NCBI GenBank assembly: GCA_964011795.1
Contig: CAXGQC010000002.1
Location: 1 to 50,435, forward strand
Reading direction: 5' to 3'
Source of the DNA: an uncultured bacterium
GTDB taxonomy: Bacteria; Chloroflexota; Dehalococcoidia; UBA2979
DNA length: 50,435 nt
This document shows positions 46,918-50,435 of this stretch, in pieces; the first letter of the stretch is position 1; every line of letters starts with the position of its first letter. The notes under the pieces were generated by a model that ran no database searches, was not told the DNA's origin, and was given only the letters and a program-made list of their open reading frames with translations. A program made the translations under genes and the position numbers.

Positions 46918-49635
46918 ATGTTAGGGTTGAGGGGAATACAGAGCGGGGTGCTCCAAGGCGTGAGTGAAGACTTAGTAAAGTTTTTTGGTGGGGAAGAGAC
47001 AAATTCTCTGGATCCGAATTTGCTCGGAGGTAAAGGAGCTGGACTCGCAGCGATGAGTCAGCTGGGGATCCCTGTCCCACCAGGATTTACGCTGACCACC
47101 CTAGTCTGTAACAGTTATTTTGAGAACGATCATGACTTCCCAGCTGGGTTAACAGACTTGGTGAACGAAGGTCTCGAGCATGTCCAGCACCTCACTGGCA
47201 CTGCATTTGGGAACCCGGACAGACCTTTACTCCTTTCGGTGAGATCAGGTGCACGTGTCTCGATGCCAGGCATGATGGATACCGTTTTGAATTTGGGACT
47301 TAATGATAAGACGGCGCAAGGGTTAGCTCGTGCCACGGGCAACCCTCGCTTTGCCTATGACTCCTATCGACGTTTTGTTCAAATGTATGGCGACGTTGTC
47401 ATGGGAGTCTCGAGGACCACAGAGATGGAGGCAGATCCGTTTGAAGAGTTACTCGAAGAAAAAAAACGACTGGCTGGAATCGAAGAAGATACGGAACTCT
47501 CGGCACAGAATTTACAGGAGTTGGTCATCGATTTTAAGGAACTGATCGAGTTACGAACAGGTAAAGAATTTCCAGAAGATGTTCATCAGCAACTATGGGG
47601 AGCTATCGGAGCAGTTTTCGAATCTTGGGAGACGCCAAGAGCAGTAAGTTATCGACAAATTAACGGTTATCCAGCCTCTTGGGGAACCGCGGTGAATGTG
47701 CAAGCCATGGTGTTTGGTAACTACGGACAGACATCAGGGACAGGGGTGTTATTCACTCGAGATCCGTCCACGGGAGTAAATGAACTTTTTGGTGAGTACC
47801 TAATAAACGCTCAGGGTGAAGATGTCGTGGCCGGAATACGGACACCTCAGCCTTTGGCGAAGTCTGCCAATTCTAATGGAACCTCTCTCGAGGAGACTAT
47901 GCCGGAAGTATTTAAAGAATTGGCGGCTGCCTGTGACCTATTGGAGACCTCGTTCAAGGATATGCAGGACATAGAGTTTACTATCCAGGAAAGTAAACTC
48001 TGGATTCTTCAATCTCGTTCTGGGAAGAGATCTGGAGCAGCAATGATGAGGATTGCTTTTGACCTGTTTTCTGATGGACTTCTTACCAAGAAAGAAGCAT
48101 TGCTGGGGATATCTCCTGACCAATTAAATGAGGTTTTACATCCTGTATTTAAGAAACCTATCGGTAAAGCCGTACTCGCGCGCGGTCTCGCAGCCGCTCC
48201 GGGGGCAGCGGTCGGAGAAGTAGTATTTAGCCCGTCTGAGGTTGCCATACGAGTGAAGGCCGGCCATGACGTCATTCTCGTACGAGATGAAACCAGCCCG
48301 GAAGACATTGATGGGATGCACCTGTCAAAGGGTATCCTGACGGCTCGAGGTGGAATGACTTCCCACGCCGCAGTTGTTGCAAGAGGCATGGGACTGCCAT
48401 GTGTGACCGGCTGCTCAGCACTCGACATTAACTATGACAAATCTGAATTCAGGGTAGAAATTGATGGACAGCAGATGGTAGTGGCAGCTGGCGACACCAT
48501 CTCTATTGACGGTGCTAGCGGTGAGGTAATTTTAGGAGAGGCTTTGATGGAAGAGGCCACTCCAAGCCGTGAATATGAGGAATTGATGGAATGGGCTGAT
48601 CAGGAAAGACAGCTCAAGATTAGAGCAAACGCTGATACGCCATCTGACGCGGAGCAGGCACGTAGTTTTGGTGCCGAAGGTATCGGTTTATGCAGGACCG
48701 AGCACATGTTTTTCGGCAAGGAGCGCATTCATTCAGTTAGAAAAATGATTTTGGCGGGCGATAAGCTACAAAGGCAAATAGCTCTGGATGAATTGTTACC
48801 CTACCAGCGAGAGGATTTCAAGGGAATACTGAGTGCCATGTCGGGCTTTCCTGTAACTATTAGGCTTTTAGATCCGCCTCTACATGAATTTTTGCCACAG
48901 CATGAAGACGAGATATCAGACCTAGCGAAGAGCTTGAATATTTCAGTGAGTGAGGTCGAACGACGAGTGCATAGCTTGTCTGAGGTGAACCCAATGCTGG
49001 GACATCGGGGGGTGCGGCTTGCTGTCACATATCCCGAAATTTATTCTATGCAAACCCGCGCGATTGTCGAAGCGACTGCTGAACTAATCTCCAAAGGGAT
49101 AGATGCTCAGCCTGAGATAATGATTCCTCTGGTCGGAATAGGTGCTGAACTTGAACAGCTGAGAGCTCTTGTTCAGCGGAAAATTGAGGAAGTCTTGAGC
49201 GAATACAAAATTTCGCCTGACATTTCTGTAGGGACGATGATGGAAGTGCCTAGAGCTTGCATTGCAGCGTCGGAGATAGCCCGATTTGCTGATTTCTTTT
49301 CATTTGGGACTAATGACCTAACGCAGACTACATTTGGTTTTTCACGCGACGACGCTGGTAAATTTCTGCCAGACTACATCGCTCAGGGCATTTTGTCGAA
49401 AGATCCGTTTGTTGAGCTTGATCAAGAGGGAGTCGGAGGATTGATCCGGCAGGCAGTCGAATTGGGCCGGATGGAGAAACCAGATTTGAAGATGGGGATC
49501 TGTGGTGAGCATGGAGGTGATCCGTCGTCAATTGCATTTTGCCATGGAATTGGTCTTGACTATGTGTCAGCGTCACCCTATCGAGTGCCTATTGCAAGAC
49601 TTGCTGCGGCACAGGCTGCACTGGGTAGTGATTAA
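46918..49635 (+). CDS. ppdK: pyruvate, phosphate dikinase
   Basis: NLLGGKGAGLA, SVRSGARVSMPGMMDTVLNLGLND, phospho-His loop GGMTSHAAVVARGMG, CRTEHMF, NPMLGHRG and GICGEHGGDP. The start is uncertain (ATG 46918, or GTG 46948/46960). Confidence 0.95.
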   Translation: MLGLRGIQSGVLQGVSEDLVKFFGGEETNSLDPNLLGGKGAGLAAMSQLGIPVPPGFTLTTLVCNSYFENDHDFPAGLTDLVNEGLEHVQHLTGTAFGNPDRPLLLSVRSGARVSMPGMMDTVLNLGLNDKTAQGLARATGNPRFAYDSYRRFVQMYGDVVMGVSRTTEMEADPFEELLEEKKRLAGIEEDTELSAQNLQELVIDFKELIELRTGKEFPEDVHQQLWGAIGAVFESWETPRAVSYRQINGYPASWGTAVNVQAMVFGNYGQTSGTGVLFTRDPSTGVNELFGEYLINAQGEDVVAGIRTPQPLAKSANSNGTSLEETMPEVFKELAAACDLLETSFKDMQDIEFTIQESKLWILQSRSGKRSGAAMMRIAFDLFSDGLLTKKEALLGISPDQLNEVLHPVFKKPIGKAVLARGLAAAPGAAVGEVVFSPSEVAIRVKAGHDVILVRDETSPEDIDGMHLSKGILTARGGMTSHAAVVARGMGLPCVTGCSALDINYDKSEFRVEIDGQQMVVAAGDTISIDGASGEVILGEALMEEATPSREYEELMEWADQERQLKIRANADTPSDAEQARSFGAEGIGLCRTEHMFFGKERIHSVRKMILAGDKLQRQIALDELLPYQREDFKGILSAMSGFPVTIRLLDPPLHEFLPQHEDEISDLAKSLNISVSEVERRVHSLSEVNPMLGHRGVRLAVTYPEIYSMQTRAIVEATAELISKGIDAQPEIMIPLVGIGAELEQLRALVQRKIEEVLSEYKISPDISVGTMMEVPRACIAASEIARFADFFSFGTNDLTQTTFGFSRDDAGKFLPDYIAQGILSKDPFVELDQEGVGGLIRQAVELGRMEKPDLKMGICGEHGGDPSSIAFCHGIGLDYVSASPYRVPIARLAAAQAALGSD

Positions 49636-49652
49636 GTTGCTGCGGAGACGAC

Positions 49653-49895
49653 ATGGCGATCTACGAATACAAATGTAAGTCCTGCGAGAAGAAATTCGAG
49701 CTTATGCGGAAAGTTGGCGATCGAGATTCCAAAGCATCTTGTCCCACATGCCCTGGCTCGGGAGAGCGAATAGTATGGCAGCGCGTATCAATGGTTTCCG
49801 GAGTGGCCCCAGATTTATTGGCAGGTGATGGTGAACCGGAAGATTTCATCGGCGAAGATAGTGACTTTGATGGTCTTGATGATTTCGATTTCTGA
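49653..49895 (+). CDS. FmdB-family zinc-ribbon protein
   Basis: MAIYEYKCKSCEKKFE...CPTCPG (CxxC...CxxC) with an acidic C-terminal tail. GGAGA SD. Confidence 0.85.
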   Translation: MAIYEYKCKSCEKKFELMRKVGDRDSKASCPTCPGSGERIVWQRVSMVSGVAPDLLAGDGEPEDFIGEDSDFDGLDDFDF

Positions 49896-49921
49896 GTTTC
49901 ATTAGTGCGAAGGTTAGACTC

Positions 49922-50435
49922 GTGTGTGGGATAGTTGGATACACTGGACTTAATGCCGTTGCGCCTATTCTTCTACAAGGGCTAGAGAAGCTTGAGTATC
50001 GTGGATATGACTCTGCAGGAGTAGGTTTGATTAGAGGGAACTCGATAGAGATCACTCGAGCATCTGGCAAGTTGAGTAATCTAGCAGCAAAATTCGAAAA
50101 TGAGGGCTCCGAGCCGGGGACCGGCATCGGTCATACCCGCTGGGCTACACATGGTCCACCGACCTCAGAGAATGCGCATCCCCATCAAGATCCGTCTGGA
50201 CGAGTCGCTATCGTCCATAACGGAATCGTTGAAAATTGGAAAGAACTCCGTGCGGAGTTTGCGTCTGGGAAATTCTCTTCAGACACTGATTCCGAGGTGT
50301 TGGCTCACATGATCGCTGCTTTCCTCACACACGGGGAATCTTTACTTTCAGCAGTTCGGCGCACGTTGAATGAATCGACGGGCGCATTTTCTCTTGTAGT
50401 TCTTGACTCTTCTCAGCCTGAAGTTCTGATAGCAG
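49922..50435 (+). CDS. glmS: glutamine--fructose-6-phosphate aminotransferase, 3'-truncated by window edge
   Basis: Not in the ORF track because it runs off the window. Hand translation from GTG 49922 gives (M)CGIVGYTG...LEKLEYRGYDSAGVG...GIGHTRWATHG...HPH...VHNGIVEN with no stop to nt 50435. Confidence 0.9.
   Translation, partial: MCGIVGYTGLNAVAPILLQGLEKLEYRGYDSAGVGLIRGNSIEITRASGKLSNLAAKFENEGSEPGTGIGHTRWATHGPPTSENAHPHQDPSGRVAIVHNGIVENWKELRAEFASGKFSSDTDSEVLAHMIAAFLTHGESLLSAVRRTLNESTGAFSLVVLDSSQPEVLIA

Noticed and set aside
49896-49921. glmS ribozyme upstream of glmS
   Set aside because: Only 26 nt separate the FmdB stop from the glmS start, which is far too short for the ribozyme.
1-50435. 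tRNA/rRNA genes, CRISPR arrays, transposases, integrases, prophage or defence-system genes
   Set aside because: No intergenic gap exceeds about 260 nt, no regularly spaced direct repeats were seen, and no ORF carries recognisable motifs of these classes.

Overview
The window is gene-dense, with about 45 CDS on both strands. I recognised no rRNA, tRNA, CRISPR array, transposase or integrase. Nt 1-39.7k is a paralogue-rich catabolic and transport neighbourhood. It holds 2 luciferase-like (LLM) oxidoreductases, 2 acyl-CoA dehydrogenases, a CaiB-type CoA-transferase, a crotonase, an amidase, 2 enolase-superfamily enzymes, an HpcH aldolase, 3 SDRs and 2 MDR/quinone oxidoreductases. It also holds 5 MFS transporters, an MMPL/RND transporter, a YeiH-like exporter, a 1-Cys peroxiredoxin, a GGT, an MBL hydrolase and DinB/SnoaL/PPOX-type small enzymes. 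No transcription-factor gene is present in this part. Nt 39.7-50.4k is housekeeping: acnA, rpoD, dnaG, ppdK, an FmdB zinc-ribbon gene and the 5' end of glmS. GGAGG-type Shine-Dalgarno sites are strong, GTG/TTG starts are frequent, and many gene ends overlap. The gene content resembles marine Chloroflexota (SAR202-like), but that is inference only. The main finding is that ORFs 31527..32171 and 32325..33029 lie in one reading frame and are separated only by two TGA codons nine codons apart. These fall where the linalool dehydratase/isomerase (LDI) family has its catalytic Cys pair. Each TGA is followed by a hairpin, and the second hairpin matches the E. coli fdhF SECIS apical loop (GGUCU) at the same distance from the UGA. 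This makes the gene a candidate di-selenocysteine LDI-family enzyme, at the head of an apparent operon with an alpha/beta hydrolase, a GGT and an MBL hydrolase. Secondary findings include a Fur-family 7-1-7 palindrome filling the spacer of a predicted promoter, a dehydratase-aldolase pair, an in-frame tandem duplication, and several small unannotated ORFs.
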